From contig JAYNIA010000004.1 of NCBI GenBank assembly GCA_038108555.1, forward strand, positions 51,563 to 115,562: a stretch of 64,000 nucleotides of DNA, written 5' to 3'. Made by a program: the position numbers and the translations under genes. Within the stretch, counting starts at the first letter, position 1. The number at the start of each line of letters is the position of its first letter. Source of the stretch: Nitrospinota bacterium. Its GTDB lineage: Bacteria; Nitrospinota; Nitrospinia; Nitrospinales; VA-1. The notes under the pieces are model-generated. The model saw nothing but the letters and a program-made list of their open reading frames with translations. It was not told the origin of the DNA and did no database searches. Shown in pieces: positions 19,487 through 30,476 of the stretch.

Positions 19487-20628
19487 TAATCTTTTGGCTT
19501 AATTTTATTCCACTGGGAATCAGGATATAAAGGAATCCAAATTTTTCCCTTATTTTTGCGGATTTGTTTATTCAGGTTTTTGATACGAATTTCAGCGGAT
19601 GGATGGGTGGATAAATATGAAAACCAATTGCTGGAATCCTCAGACTTTGAAAGGGTCGATGCTTTTTTTTCTATTTCTAATTCTTTTTCCAATAACTTTT
19701 CAAAAATAGTTATCATCCCTTCCGGATTGATTTTTGCCTGCAACATCAATTCAACTCCTCTGGAGTCGGCCTCCAACTCCATCTTTCGGCTGAGGCCAAG
19801 GGTATTAAGTTCTCCTGCCATACTCAACACTCCATCTAAAACCACATTCGCATCTCCCACAACTAGAGCCATCAGCATTCCAGATGCAAGGTTTCTTATT
19901 ATCCCTTTTGTCGAATGCTTTAAAAAAATATGCTGGACTTCATGAGCCAGTACCCCCGCCAATTCCTCTGGAGAGTCTGCAATCTTAAGCAGGCCCTCAA
20001 ACACAATTATATTTCCTCCCGGAAGGGCCAGCGCATTCACTTCTTTGGTTTTTAAAATAAATATTTTTAGATTATATGGAGTTTCCTCCGACATACTTTG
20101 CTTGAGCAGGCGAAGAATGTCCTGAAGAAGTGAAATTACTTTAGGATCCGGTTTTTTTTCGACAGGAAATGCAGTCAAAACAGCATCCCCCAACCTCTCT
20201 TCCCATTCAACAGGAATTTCATCTACAAACTGATCTACCAGATAGTCGGGAAATACTTTTAGAGCCCCATATAAAAACAGGATTAAGATTAATAATCCCG
20301 CTGTAAAAAATTTCCAGTTTAGAGATGTATGCTTTTGAGGAATAAGAAAATTATCTGGAGAAATGCGAGTACAATTTTCTAAAAATTCCGGGTCTTCTAC
20401 AACTAAAGTTTGTAAAAGTTTTCCTTCCGGGCTACTTACCTCATGTTCAATATTAAAAGGAGTGGTTTCTGCCATCCATCGAAGATTGGGATAGAACCAA
20501 TTTAATTTCTCGCTGCTGGATTGGGTTAGGGAAATGTAATGGGGAGTTAATTCGATTCGGACAGGATGTTTTTGAGCACTTTTCCCGTCAAACAGGAAGC
20601 CGCTGAATTGCAATTTTCGGGTTACCAT
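19486..20628 (-). CDS. M48 family zinc metallopeptidase
   Basis: NALALPGG, ELAGVLAHEVQH (HExxH), ELEAD, LSTHP. Confidence 0.9.
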   Translation of the reverse strand: MVTRKLQFSGFLFDGKSAQKHPVRIELTPHYISLTQSSSEKLNWFYPNLRWMAETTPFNIEHEVSSPEGKLLQTLVVEDPEFLENCTRISPDNFLIPQKHTSLNWKFFTAGLLILILFLYGALKVFPDYLVDQFVDEIPVEWEERLGDAVLTAFPVEKKPDPKVISLLQDILRLLKQSMSEETPYNLKIFILKTKEVNALALPGGNIIVFEGLLKIADSPEELAGVLAHEVQHIFLKHSTKGIIRNLASGMLMALVVGDANVVLDGVLSMAGELNTLGLSRKMELEADSRGVELMLQAKINPEGMITIFEKLLEKELEIEKKASTLSKSEDSSNWFSYLSTHPSAEIRIKNLNKQIRKNKGKIWIPLYPDSQWNKIKPKD

Positions 20629-20655
20629 GCCGGAGACCCGCAGTTAAGGGAAGGT

Positions 20656-21897
20656 TTAGCCAATGTCAATGGGTACGTCCATAAGGTCCATACCTTCTTC
20701 GCCAAATGCCCCACTGTCTTTCATTTCTTGGACAACCCGGTTTAATTCGATATTTCCTGCAAGAGTTAAATGGTCAGCAATAAATTTTCGATTGCGAACC
20801 ACCACCCAGGAATAGCCCAGACCAAGAGTAAATAATAACAGGAAAAAGTTGGTCACTTTTAAATTCATATAGTCCCGCCCCTTAATTGGAAAATGGAACG
20901 TGGCCCCTCCAATATGGGTGTGTGACCAGATATAGCGGCTCAAGTCTGCAATGAACCAGAACATGTAAAATCCCAGAGTTAACGGAGTAAGGAATAATGC
21001 CAAAATAAATTTTTTCAGAAAATCTTTTCCTTTTCCAGAGAAACGCATTTGCATATCTCCGAACCAGGAATTTTCCCGCCAAAATTTTTCATTTTCCATT
21101 GTGAAAAAAGGCCAATAAAGCCCCAGGGTTAGTGGGACAAAGAAATAACCTTTAAAGTAAATGGATAAAGCTTCCCGTCCATTTCCTCTGAAAGAAAATC
21201 TTATTCCCCGCCAGGCAGTTCTTGAAAGTCGATACCTCCACGCGCCAACCATTAAAAAAGGAATCGCCAGTGTTATAAGGACGGTTAAAATATTTCCAAC
21301 CAGTTCACCCTCTGTTTCACCTAACATGAAGTAGGCATAACTATTCACTGCGATGACAAAAAGAATAATCAGCCCAAACCTGACCGCCCCCCGTAGTAGC
21401 TCTTTGGCCGTACCGTGATAGGACAACCTGTCACCCGCAAAAAGAGTTTGTGACCAGAGGTACTGGCGCACTTTCGTTTTGGCCCAGAACCGATAAATGC
21501 CGAGAGTTACAACCGTTTTAATAAGGTTGGAGAAATGGATACCGAATAAAGTCCGGCCATCTCCTTGAAATCCCATCCGGTGGGAGGATGCATTGTCCGG
21601 CAAAGAAGGTACTTCGGTTTTTTCTTCCGGGGTGGTTTCAGGTTCGGGTAGAGGTTCCACCCCGTTTGTCACAGATTGAATGTCTACTGAAAAGCCGAGA
21701 CTGCGCAAGTATTTGGAAGCAACGCTGGCCTGGGAACCGGAAATGGTATGGTGGAAACGCCAGGGGACCCCCTGACATAGGCTCTCCATGACTTCCAGTC
21801 CATTTTCCTGATCCAGTCGGAAAACTTTGGAGAGTTCCGCTGCGGCGGCTTTTTTACTTTCCCCGGACCAGGTGTTCAAAGTTATCTGACTACTCAT
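20656..21897 (-). CDS. YjgN (DUF898) inner-membrane protein with an extra N-terminal domain
   Basis: FQGDG..TLGIYRFWAKTK..YLWSQT, YHGT, RGIRFSFRG, repeated LTLG(L/F)Y; adjacent to M48. Confidence 0.85.
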   Translation of the reverse strand: MSSQITLNTWSGESKKAAAAELSKVFRLDQENGLEVMESLCQGVPWRFHHTISGSQASVASKYLRSLGFSVDIQSVTNGVEPLPEPETTPEEKTEVPSLPDNASSHRMGFQGDGRTLFGIHFSNLIKTVVTLGIYRFWAKTKVRQYLWSQTLFAGDRLSYHGTAKELLRGAVRFGLIILFVIAVNSYAYFMLGETEGELVGNILTVLITLAIPFLMVGAWRYRLSRTAWRGIRFSFRGNGREALSIYFKGYFFVPLTLGLYWPFFTMENEKFWRENSWFGDMQMRFSGKGKDFLKKFILALFLTPLTLGFYMFWFIADLSRYIWSHTHIGGATFHFPIKGRDYMNLKVTNFFLLLFTLGLGYSWVVVRNRKFIADHLTLAGNIELNRVVQEMKDSGAFGEEGMDLMDVPIDIG

Positions 21898-21968
21898 TTT
21901 CGGGCCCTCCTCCTTTAGCGCCCAGAAATTCTATCTCTTGTTATAACTTTTGGGGAGTGTATGTACGT

Positions 21969-22853
21969 TTATTTAAAATCGTAAGCAACGTTTTGCTCGG
22001 CCCAGCCCAGGAATCCATCCTTTTTTGGATCTCCCGTATAATCCTTTGCGCCTTTAGCCCAGGTTTCCGGCTGATCCCAATTGTCTCCGTAATGATATAA
22101 ATACATTTTAGATTTTACTTCATCCGGCAAGGTATTCAATTCCTGATAAGAAGCATGCACCCCGCCATAGAACAGTTGAGTATCGTGAAACATCACTTCA
22201 GACATTTTACTGAAACGGATGGGATAATCCGCATCAAACATGGTGTCCCCGGAAATCCATACCCGCCGGTTAATAAACGCGCCTGAACACCACTGCGATT
22301 CATCGACACTGATAGCGGTGTCCGGGAAATGACGGGTCCTCATTATCACCAGTTCGATGGGACCATGTTTGTAAGACCAGAATTTTCTTCCTTCGATCTC
22401 AATATTCTGGGGTCGTAGGATATTAAAAAAATCATTCAATTGAAGCGGACGGCCCTGATCGGCTTCACAAGACTCACATCCCCCGGCAAGACTTTTGCTC
22501 CAAAGCAGATCCTGATAATCACGTAAAATTATCATGTCGGGTTTTTCTGCATTGGGGGTGTATCGATTCATCAAAGCAACTTCTTCCAAGCCACCTATAT
22601 GATCTGCATGACTATGTGTAGGGTGGTAACAACGAACTTTCAAAACACTCAACCCAACGTCATTCAACGCCAGGGGTCCCTGTGTTCCACAATCTATCAA
22701 TATATGATAGTCACCCTGAATGATGAGCATGTTGGATTGCCTTCGCCTTTTGGCAAAAGCGGAACCCGTACCAATAAAAACGATTCGAAGGTGCCCATCC
22801 GTGGTCAAGGGGAGAGGGGTGCCATTCTTGCAAATTTCATTCACCTCGTACAT
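21969..22853 (-). CDS. MBL-fold metallo-hydrolase (RNase Z-like)
   Basis: FIGTGSAF, LIDCG, THSHADHIGG, SGDT, VHA, LYHY; AAGGAGG RBS. Confidence 0.85.
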   Translation of the reverse strand: MYEVNEICKNGTPLPLTTDGHLRIVFIGTGSAFAKRRRQSNMLIIQGDYHILIDCGTQGPLALNDVGLSVLKVRCYHPTHSHADHIGGLEEVALMNRYTPNAEKPDMIILRDYQDLLWSKSLAGGCESCEADQGRPLQLNDFFNILRPQNIEIEGRKFWSYKHGPIELVIMRTRHFPDTAISVDESQWCSGAFINRRVWISGDTMFDADYPIRFSKMSEVMFHDTQLFYGGVHASYQELNTLPDEVKSKMYLYHYGDNWDQPETWAKGAKDYTGDPKKDGFLGWAEQNVAYDFK

Positions 22854-23240
22854 ACGTGCCTCCTTAATATCTCCCCGAAACTACAAGATTGGAACAGTTG
22901 AAATAATAATCTATTCATACATAAATCAATAGTCAAAAATGTCGAGGAACACCGTAGCACAAAAGCAGGGCACTCGTCCATAACAGTTTGATTTTTAGGC
23001 ATAAAATGATATTTTGCCCAAAAAATTATTGGCTTTCCCATAATGCTACAGCCAGGTCCGTTTGTTTCAAAAATCCAATGCTAAATTAAAAAGACGATTG
23101 GGGATACACTTTAACAACCCGATTTGGGTACAACTCATTGATTCTCCATAACCCACTTGTCAATTGAATTGGGGAATTGGGAAAAATTAAGTTATAATCC
23201 TGAATCCCCGGCGTACCGGATCAATAATTTCCCTAATGAA

Positions 23241-24446
23241 ATGAAACATTTAGTAGTGGTTGTGACGGGCCTGACGGACAAGCCCATTGCAGAAAAAGAT
23301 AATAAGACCCCTTTGCAACTCGCAGAGACCCCCAATTTGGATGCTTTGGTCCAAAAGGGTCAATGTGGGCCTGTGCAAACGATTCCGGATAACCTTCATC
23401 CTGGAAGCGAAGTTTCAGGACTGGGCCTTTTCGGCTACGATCCGGAAAAATATAAAGCCGGAACAGCGGCATTGGATGCGGCAGCGCTTGGTATTAAAAC
23501 CGAAGAAGGTGAAATTGCTTTATGTTGTGACCTGGTAACCCTTCAAGCCACCCATGACGATATGGTAATGAAGGACTATACAGGTGGGAACCTGACTCCA
23601 GAAGATTCCGAGCTTTTAATCAACGCATTAAACGAACAGGTGAGGGACGCATCGGTCACTTTCCATTACGGAAGGGGATATCATAATCTTGCAGTCATAA
23701 AAAATCCTCCAATACTGAAAAGATTGTCACCGCCCAATGAATTGATCGGTGAAGGCATCCGTCAGTTCATGCCAGAGGGTAAAGACGTTCGCGATCTGGT
23801 TTTTGTAATGAACCAGGCACAAATTATTTTGCACAATCTCCCCTATAATAAAGAGCGCACCAAGGAACAAAAAGATCCTGTCAACAGTATCTGGTTTTGG
23901 GGAAACGGAGAAGCGCCCCAGTTACCTTCCTTTAAAGACAGGTTTGGAAAATCGGCCTCGGTTATATCCGCTTCTTCTACAATTAAGGGGATAGGAAAAC
24001 TGACCGGGATGGATGTATTGGAAGTTGAAGGAGCCACCGGTTTCTTCAACACAAATTATTCCAATAAGGTAAAGGCCGCACTATCGGAGTTGGAAAAGAA
24101 AGATGTGGTCTTTCTCCATATAGGCGCAGGGGAAGAAGTCTCTCTTAAAGGGAACGTTGACGATAAAATTCTGGCGATTGAAGATTTTGATTCAGAAGTT
24201 GTCAAACCCATTGCTCAAGCATTGGAGACGCAGGAAGATACAAAACTGTTAATCGTCGTGCCTCATGTCAGTTCTGTAATGTTAATGAAATATGACCGGG
24301 CACCGGTACCTTATCTGGTTTATTCATCGAAACCTTCAGAAAATACTTCAGGACTGTCGGAATATGACGAAAAAATATTAGAAACAGGAAAAAGCTTTAA
24401 CACAGCATCTGAACTCATTGAATCATTTTTAAAAAATGAAATTTAA
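23241..24446 (+). CDS. ApgM-type phosphoglycerate mutase family protein with a degenerate active site
   Basis: KTPLQLAETPNLD, PGSE, GYDP, NSIWFWG, GATG..TNY; several metal ligands replaced. Start moved to MKHLVVVV by family pattern. Confidence 0.8.
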   Translation: MKHLVVVVTGLTDKPIAEKDNKTPLQLAETPNLDALVQKGQCGPVQTIPDNLHPGSEVSGLGLFGYDPEKYKAGTAALDAAALGIKTEEGEIALCCDLVTLQATHDDMVMKDYTGGNLTPEDSELLINALNEQVRDASVTFHYGRGYHNLAVIKNPPILKRLSPPNELIGEGIRQFMPEGKDVRDLVFVMNQAQIILHNLPYNKERTKEQKDPVNSIWFWGNGEAPQLPSFKDRFGKSASVISASSTIKGIGKLTGMDVLEVEGATGFFNTNYSNKVKAALSELEKKDVVFLHIGAGEEVSLKGNVDDKILAIEDFDSEVVKPIAQALETQEDTKLLIVVPHVSSVMLMKYDRAPVPYLVYSSKPSENTSGLSEYDEKILETGKSFNTASELIESFLKNEI

Positions 24447-24455
24447 AAACAAAAT

Positions 24456-25751
24456 ATGAACATGCCTCTTGTAGTACAAAAATACGGCGGTACCTCAGTG
24501 GGGAGCCTGGATCGTATTCAAAATGTTGCACAAAGGATTGCGCGTCTTAGAAAAACCGGAACCCAGGTGGTTGTCGTTGTTTCAGCGATGGCAGGTGAAA
24601 CCGATAAACTGATAAGGATGGCGGGTAAAATTTGCAAAAATCCTGAAAGAAGAGAAATGGATCTTCTTTTATCATCAGGGGAAAGAATATCCAGCGCACT
24701 TTTAACGATGGCACTTCAGTCCCTCGGTGTTTCTGCGATTTCAATGACGGGAAGGCAAATTGGGTTACAAACAGACGATGTGCATACCCGGGCTAGAATA
24801 AAACAGATTGATGCGAAAAGAGCGCGAAAAGCCTTAAAGGATAACAATGTTATTGTTGTTGCCGGGTTTCAGGGAATAAACAAACAAGGCGATGTAACCA
24901 CTCTTGGCCGTGGAGGTTCTGACACTTCAGCGGTGGCCCTGGCCGTTGCCCTGGGTGCTTCTCAATGCGAAATTTTAACCGATGTGGATGGAGTTTATAC
25001 CGCAGACCCGAGAATGGTACCCAAGGCAAGAAAACTGGATGTGGTATCGTATGATGAAATGCTGGAGATGGCCAGCCTGGGTGCCAAAGTTCTGCAAATT
25101 CGTTGCGTTGAATTTGCCCATAAATTCCAAATGCCATTAGTTGTTAAATCCTCCTATATTGAAGGAGGAAAAGGAACTTTGATCTGTGAGGAGGATCCAA
25201 AAATGGAACAACCGGTCGTTTCCGGAGTTATGTACGATAAAAATCAGGCAAAAATCACCCTGAAAGAAGTTCCTGATCAACCGGGGATTGCCGCCAATAT
25301 TTTTCAGCCTATTGCCGCAGCGGGTCTTTCCGTTGATATGATTATCCAGAATATAAGCGCGGAGGGCCATACGGATTTATCTTTTACTCTTGGCCGGGGA
25401 GAACTGAATGAGGCCATGCTTATTATGGAAAAAGTCGCCAAAAAGATTCGCGCCGGAAAAGTAACCGCAGATTCAAAAATTGCAAAAATCTCGGTTGTTG
25501 GTGCTGGAATGAGGAGTCATTCAGGGGTAGCGGCAGGAATTTTCAAGTCACTTTCAAAAGAAAAAATAAATATCCTGATGATAAGCACTTCAGAAATTAA
25601 AGTGTCGTGCATCATAGATCAAAAGCAAACCAAAGCAGCTGTCAATGCGCTTCATAAAACATTTGGCCTGGATAAAAAACCCAAAGCAATGAAGAGTATT
25701 GAAAAACCCAAAAGCAAGGCCAGCAAAAAATCAAATACCAAGAAAAAATGA
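24456..25751 (+). CDS. lysC: Aspartate kinase (alpha/beta type, two ACT domains)
   Basis: [51 protein letters not shown]. Confidence 0.96.
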   Translation: MNMPLVVQKYGGTSVGSLDRIQNVAQRIARLRKTGTQVVVVVSAMAGETDKLIRMAGKICKNPERREMDLLLSSGERISSALLTMALQSLGVSAISMTGRQIGLQTDDVHTRARIKQIDAKRARKALKDNNVIVVAGFQGINKQGDVTTLGRGGSDTSAVALAVALGASQCEILTDVDGVYTADPRMVPKARKLDVVSYDEMLEMASLGAKVLQIRCVEFAHKFQMPLVVKSSYIEGGKGTLICEEDPKMEQPVVSGVMYDKNQAKITLKEVPDQPGIAANIFQPIAAAGLSVDMIIQNISAEGHTDLSFTLGRGELNEAMLIMEKVAKKIRAGKVTADSKIAKISVVGAGMRSHSGVAAGIFKSLSKEKINILMISTSEIKVSCIIDQKQTKAAVNALHKTFGLDKKPKAMKSIEKPKSKASKKSNTKKK

Positions 25752-27340
25752 GTTCTGTAAAAATATATGACACCACCCTTCGAGACGGTTCACAAGCCGA
25801 AGGCATCTCCTTCACGGTTGAGGACAAAATTCGCATCGCCCAGAAACTGGACGAGATGGGGGTGCATTATGTCGAAGGAGGCTGGCCAGGATCAAATCCG
25901 CGGGATATTGATTTTTTTTCCAAAGCCAATCGTGCCAACTTTTCGCAAACAAAAATTACCGCGTTTGGAAGCACACGTTATCCCGAAAAAAAAGTTGAGG
26001 AAGATGTCGTCATTCAGGCCCTTTTAAAAACTGAAACTGAAGTCGTCACTCTTTTTGGAAAAACCTGGGATCTGCATGTTAGCGAAGCGCTATCCACAAG
26101 CCTCGATGAAAACCTTCGGATGATTTTTGAGAGCATAAACTATTTGAAAAAATATCGGACCGAAGTTTTATTTGATGCCGAACATTTTTTTGATGGGTAT
26201 AAAAATAATCCCGACTACGCGATAAGAGCCATCAAAGAGGCAGAATCCGCAGGGGCGGACTGGGTGGTACTTTGTGATACGAATGGCGGGTCGCTTCCCG
26301 GTGAAGTGCATACCATATTTTCAGAAGTAAAAAAATTGGTTGGAGTCCGCTTGGGAATTCACGCCCACAATGATTCCGAAGTTGCCGTGGCAAACTCGCT
26401 CCGCGCTGTAGAGGCGGGAGCCGAACAGGTTCAGGGAACCGTCAACGGAATCGGGGAAAGGTGCGGCAACGCAAACCTGATTTCAATAATCCCCAATTTG
26501 AAATTAAAAATGGGTCGCGAATGCATATCCGATGAACAACTCGAAACCTTAAAAGATGTTTCTGCGTTTGTGGATGAGCTGGCTAACAAAGCCCATTGGA
26601 ACCAGCAACCCTTTGTTGGGAAAAGTGCATTTGCTCATAAAGGGGGCGTTCATGTGAGTGCGGTTCGAAAAAATTCTAAAACCTATGAACATATCAAACC
26701 GGAGGCCGTTGGTAATAGTCAGCGTATTCTTATCTCCGACCTTTCTGGAAAGAGCAATGTTCTCCATAAGGCAAAAGAGTTTGGAATTGATGTCGATGAC
26801 AACGACCCCAAAATCCAGAAAATTCTCCAAACCCTTAAAGAATCCGAAAATCTTGGGTTTCAGTTTGAGGGAGCCGAGGCCTCTTTCGAATTATTGATGC
26901 GCGATGCATTGGGGGAAAAAGAAGTCTTCTTCGAGTTCATTGGCTTCCGTGTCATTGTTGAAAAAAGGCAGGAAGACGAGGAACCTATTTCTGAAGCGAC
27001 TGTAAAACTGAAAGTCAATGGAATGCAGGAAGTTTCGGCAGCGGAAGGAATAGGACCTGTCAATGCATTGGATAAAGCCATCAAAAAGGCCCTTATAAAA
27101 TTTTATCCTGAACTGGATGAAGTTAATCTCTATGATTTCAAAGTGCGAATTCTGGAAGAGAAAAAAGGAACACGTGCAAAAACCCGGGTTTTGATTGAAT
27201 CCGGTGACCATCACACCAAATGGGGCACCGTGGGGGTCTCCGAAAATATCATTGAAGCCAGTTGGCAGGCTTTAATCGATAGCATCGCATACAAACTCAA
27301 CGCCTTCTCAAGAAGCACCCTCTCCAAACCCCAGAAATAA
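25748..27340 (+). CDS. cimA: Citramalate synthase
   Basis: [54 protein letters not shown] overlap with lysC. Confidence 0.9.
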   Translation: MSSVKIYDTTLRDGSQAEGISFTVEDKIRIAQKLDEMGVHYVEGGWPGSNPRDIDFFSKANRANFSQTKITAFGSTRYPEKKVEEDVVIQALLKTETEVVTLFGKTWDLHVSEALSTSLDENLRMIFESINYLKKYRTEVLFDAEHFFDGYKNNPDYAIRAIKEAESAGADWVVLCDTNGGSLPGEVHTIFSEVKKLVGVRLGIHAHNDSEVAVANSLRAVEAGAEQVQGTVNGIGERCGNANLISIIPNLKLKMGRECISDEQLETLKDVSAFVDELANKAHWNQQPFVGKSAFAHKGGVHVSAVRKNSKTYEHIKPEAVGNSQRILISDLSGKSNVLHKAKEFGIDVDDNDPKIQKILQTLKESENLGFQFEGAEASFELLMRDALGEKEVFFEFIGFRVIVEKRQEDEEPISEATVKLKVNGMQEVSAAEGIGPVNALDKAIKKALIKFYPELDEVNLYDFKVRILEEKKGTRAKTRVLIESGDHHTKWGTVGVSENIIEASWQALIDSIAYKLNAFSRSTLSKPQK

Positions 27341-27701
27341 ATCCCCGGGATTGAGGAGAGGGGTTTTCCCACATAAATAAGACATTTAGCCTAGAAAAAT
27401 ATTTCTACTTCCGATTATTTTACATAGACACTCTAAAAGTAAATCTTAACCCTCTCCGCAAATTACATCCGAAAATAATTATCCTTTATCAAATAATTTC
27501 ATATAAATCATCATAATTTTAAGTTTTTGTTAAATATTTATTTGATATTGGAAATCTATTGCAATACTTTTATTTTCCTTGTAATATTTTTTCATTCATT
27601 TTTTTAATACGCGGAATTTTTGCGCGCAATTGAAATATAGGCTTATCAAATTTTCTTAATGGGGGAGGGTCTTTTCCCGGAAAAGATACTCGGAGGATAA
27701 A

Positions 27702-30464
27702 ATGCTTGATTGGTTCAAAAAATTAAAAATAGTAAAAAAAATTCAAACAGGCTTTACTCTTGTGGGCCTGATTATGGTGATTATTGTTTCTAATGCTATT
27801 TGGCAAACCAAGGAAGTCAAAAACATCTCAGACAGAGTTGTTGACCTTCGCGTTCCAACCGCACAAAACAGTTTGATGATGCTGAATGGTATCAACCACT
27901 CTTTGGCTGCACTTCGCGGATGGATGATTCTTGGGAAGGATAAATTTAAAGCTGAACGTGAAAAGGCCTGGTCCCAGGAAATTGAGCCTTCCCTGGATAA
28001 GATGGAAAAGTTTTCCAAAAACTGGACCAATCCAAAAAATATTCAACGCTTGGAAGTTATTAAAACAAAACTTAAAGACTTTAAAAATTTCCAGGCAGAA
28101 ATTGAATCGATATCTGGCTCCATTGATAACCTGCCCGCCAATAAAATTCTTTTTAAAGAAGCGGCACCAAAAGCAAGTATTCTGGTAACCACCATTACAA
28201 AAATAATCAATATCGAAGGAACCTTAGAAGCCACACCCAAACGGAAAGCACTTTTGGGAATGATGGCTGACATCCGGGGAACCACAGCCCGTTCCTTAGC
28301 TAACATCCGAGCTTATCTTTTATCCGGGAATCAAAAGTTTAAGGACAGTTTTGATGTTATGTGGGCAAAGAATATTCGTCGATTCGGAGATTTAACCGAA
28401 AATAAAAATCTTTTGAACCCTGAGCAATCAAGATTGTTTCAGGAGTTTACTGATGCACGAAGTGCATTTGCCCCGCTTCCTGAAAAAATGTTTTCCATTC
28501 GCTGAGGAAATGAATGGAACATTGCCAACACCTGGTTGGGTACCAAAGCGGCCCCTACTGCTTTTGCCATTAAAGAACAGTTAGACGCAATGACCCTGAA
28601 TCAAAAGCAGCTTCTGGCCACAGATATGCTTACCTCAAAAAATCGCTCTGATTCCTTAATCAGAAATCTCTGGATTTTACTTTTTGCAGGACTTGCATTG
28701 ACCATCTTTTTTGCAAGAGTCATAGTCAAAGCAGTTAGGAAACCCATTAAAGATGCAGACCGTGTACAAGCCATGGTTGAAAATGCACCCTTCAACTTTA
28801 TGATGGCAGATAAGGACTTTAATATCATTTATGCAAACCCGGCGACAAAGAAAACCCTTAAATTTTTAGAACAGTATCTGCCTATCCCGGCTGATCAAGT
28901 CGTTGGAAAAAGTATTGATCTATTTCATAAAAATCCGGCTCAGCAACGAAAACTTTTATCTGATCCCAACAATTTACCTTACCATGCGCAAATCCATTTG
29001 GGGCCTGAAATTCTGGACCTGGAGGTTTGCGCCATAATTGATAGAAATGGAAATTATACGGGTCCCATGATCACCTGGAATGTGATTACTGAAAAAGTTG
29101 CCCAGGAAAAGAAGATCAATCGTCTTGCGGGATTCGTTGAAAACAATCCGGGTAACATGATCGCTGCAGATAGAGACCTTATTATTCAATATATGAATCC
29201 GGCCTCTAAAAAAGTACTAAAAACTCTGGAACAATATCTGCCTGTAAAAGTAGATGAAATTGTTGGGAAATCGGTTGACCTGTTCCATAAGAATCCAGAG
29301 CACCAGCGTAAAATACTTTCTGATCCTTCCAATCTCCCACATGAAGCCATGATTCAAGTGGGGCCTGAAATTCTAAAACTCAGCATCACCGCAAACATCG
29401 ATGAAAAAGGAGAATATTTGGGACCGATGGTGGATTGGGGAATTTTTACGGAACAAGTGGAAAAAGAAAAAATCGCCAACGAGGCTACTGAGCGGGAACA
29501 AAAACAAGCCAAAGAGCTCCAGGAAAAAGTTGATGTCATGCTCGGCGTCGTTGAATCTGCATCGAAAGGAGATCTTACAAAAGAAGTAACGGTCAATGGT
29601 ACCGATTCCATCGGTCAAATGGCTGCTGGATTGTCCACCTTTCTGGCAACACTCAGGGAAAATATTTCTGAAATTGGAAAAAATGCGGAAAGTCTCGAAA
29701 GCTCCTCTGGAGAACTAACCGATGTCAGTCACCTCATGGCAGGAAATGCCGAAGAAACTTCCAACCAGGCCAATGTGGTTTCTGCAGCTTCTGAAGAGAT
29801 CAGCAAAAATGTTCAGACCGTTGCCACTGGAATTGAAGAAATGACAGCAAGCATCAGCGAGATTGCTCAAAACGCGAATGAAGCGGCTAGAGTCACGCAA
29901 AAAGCTGTTGAAGCGGCTGAAAATACCAATACAACGGTTAAAAAATTGGGGGAAAGTTCCATTGAAATTGGACAGGTTATTAAAGTAATCACCTCTATCG
30001 CAGAGCAAACCAATCTACTGGCATTGAATGCAACCATTGAAGCTGCGCGAGCCGGAGAAGCTGGAAAAGGTTTTGCAGTTGTTGCAAATGAAGTAAAAGA
30101 ACTTGCAAACCAGACATCAAAAGCAACAGAGGATATCAGCCAGAAAATTCAGGCCATCCAGGTTGATTCGCAAAACTCGGAAGAGGCCATAGACAACATA
30201 AGCAAAATTATTAACCGCATTAACGATATTGCCAATACCATTACCAGTGCTGTTGAGGAACAAACCGCCACTACCAATGAAATTGGCCGAAACATCGCTG
30301 AAGCGGCTGCAGGTACTCAGGAAATTTCCCAAAATATTACCGGGGTAGCTACTGCTGCCCAAAGTACGACTCAGGGAGCAACAGATACTCAAACCTCAGC
30401 TCAAAGTATGGCGGAAGTTTCAAGAGAATTGAAGGGGCTGGTGGAAATCTTTAAAACCTCATAA
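27702..30464 (+). pseudogene. Methyl-accepting chemotaxis protein (periplasmic helical sensor, 2 PAS, MCP signal domain) interrupted by an in-frame TGA at 28503-28505
   Basis: ORFs 27702-28505 and 28536-30464 share a frame. TM1 is in the first; TM2, PAS-PAS and [34 protein letters not shown] are in the second. GGAGG RBS at the first start. Confidence 0.8.
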
Positions 30465-30476
30465 AAACCACTTCGA

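Noticed and set aside
27548..27564. Sigma54 promoter for the MCP (TTGGAAATCTATTGCA)
   Set aside because: GG-to-GC spacing is 9 nt, not the required 10.
28503..28545. Selenocysteine or alternative genetic code reading of the MCP TGA
   Set aside because: The position aligns with Gly in the internal repeat, not Cys. Only a weak CCAAC/GTTGG hairpin follows, and TGA ends many other genes here.
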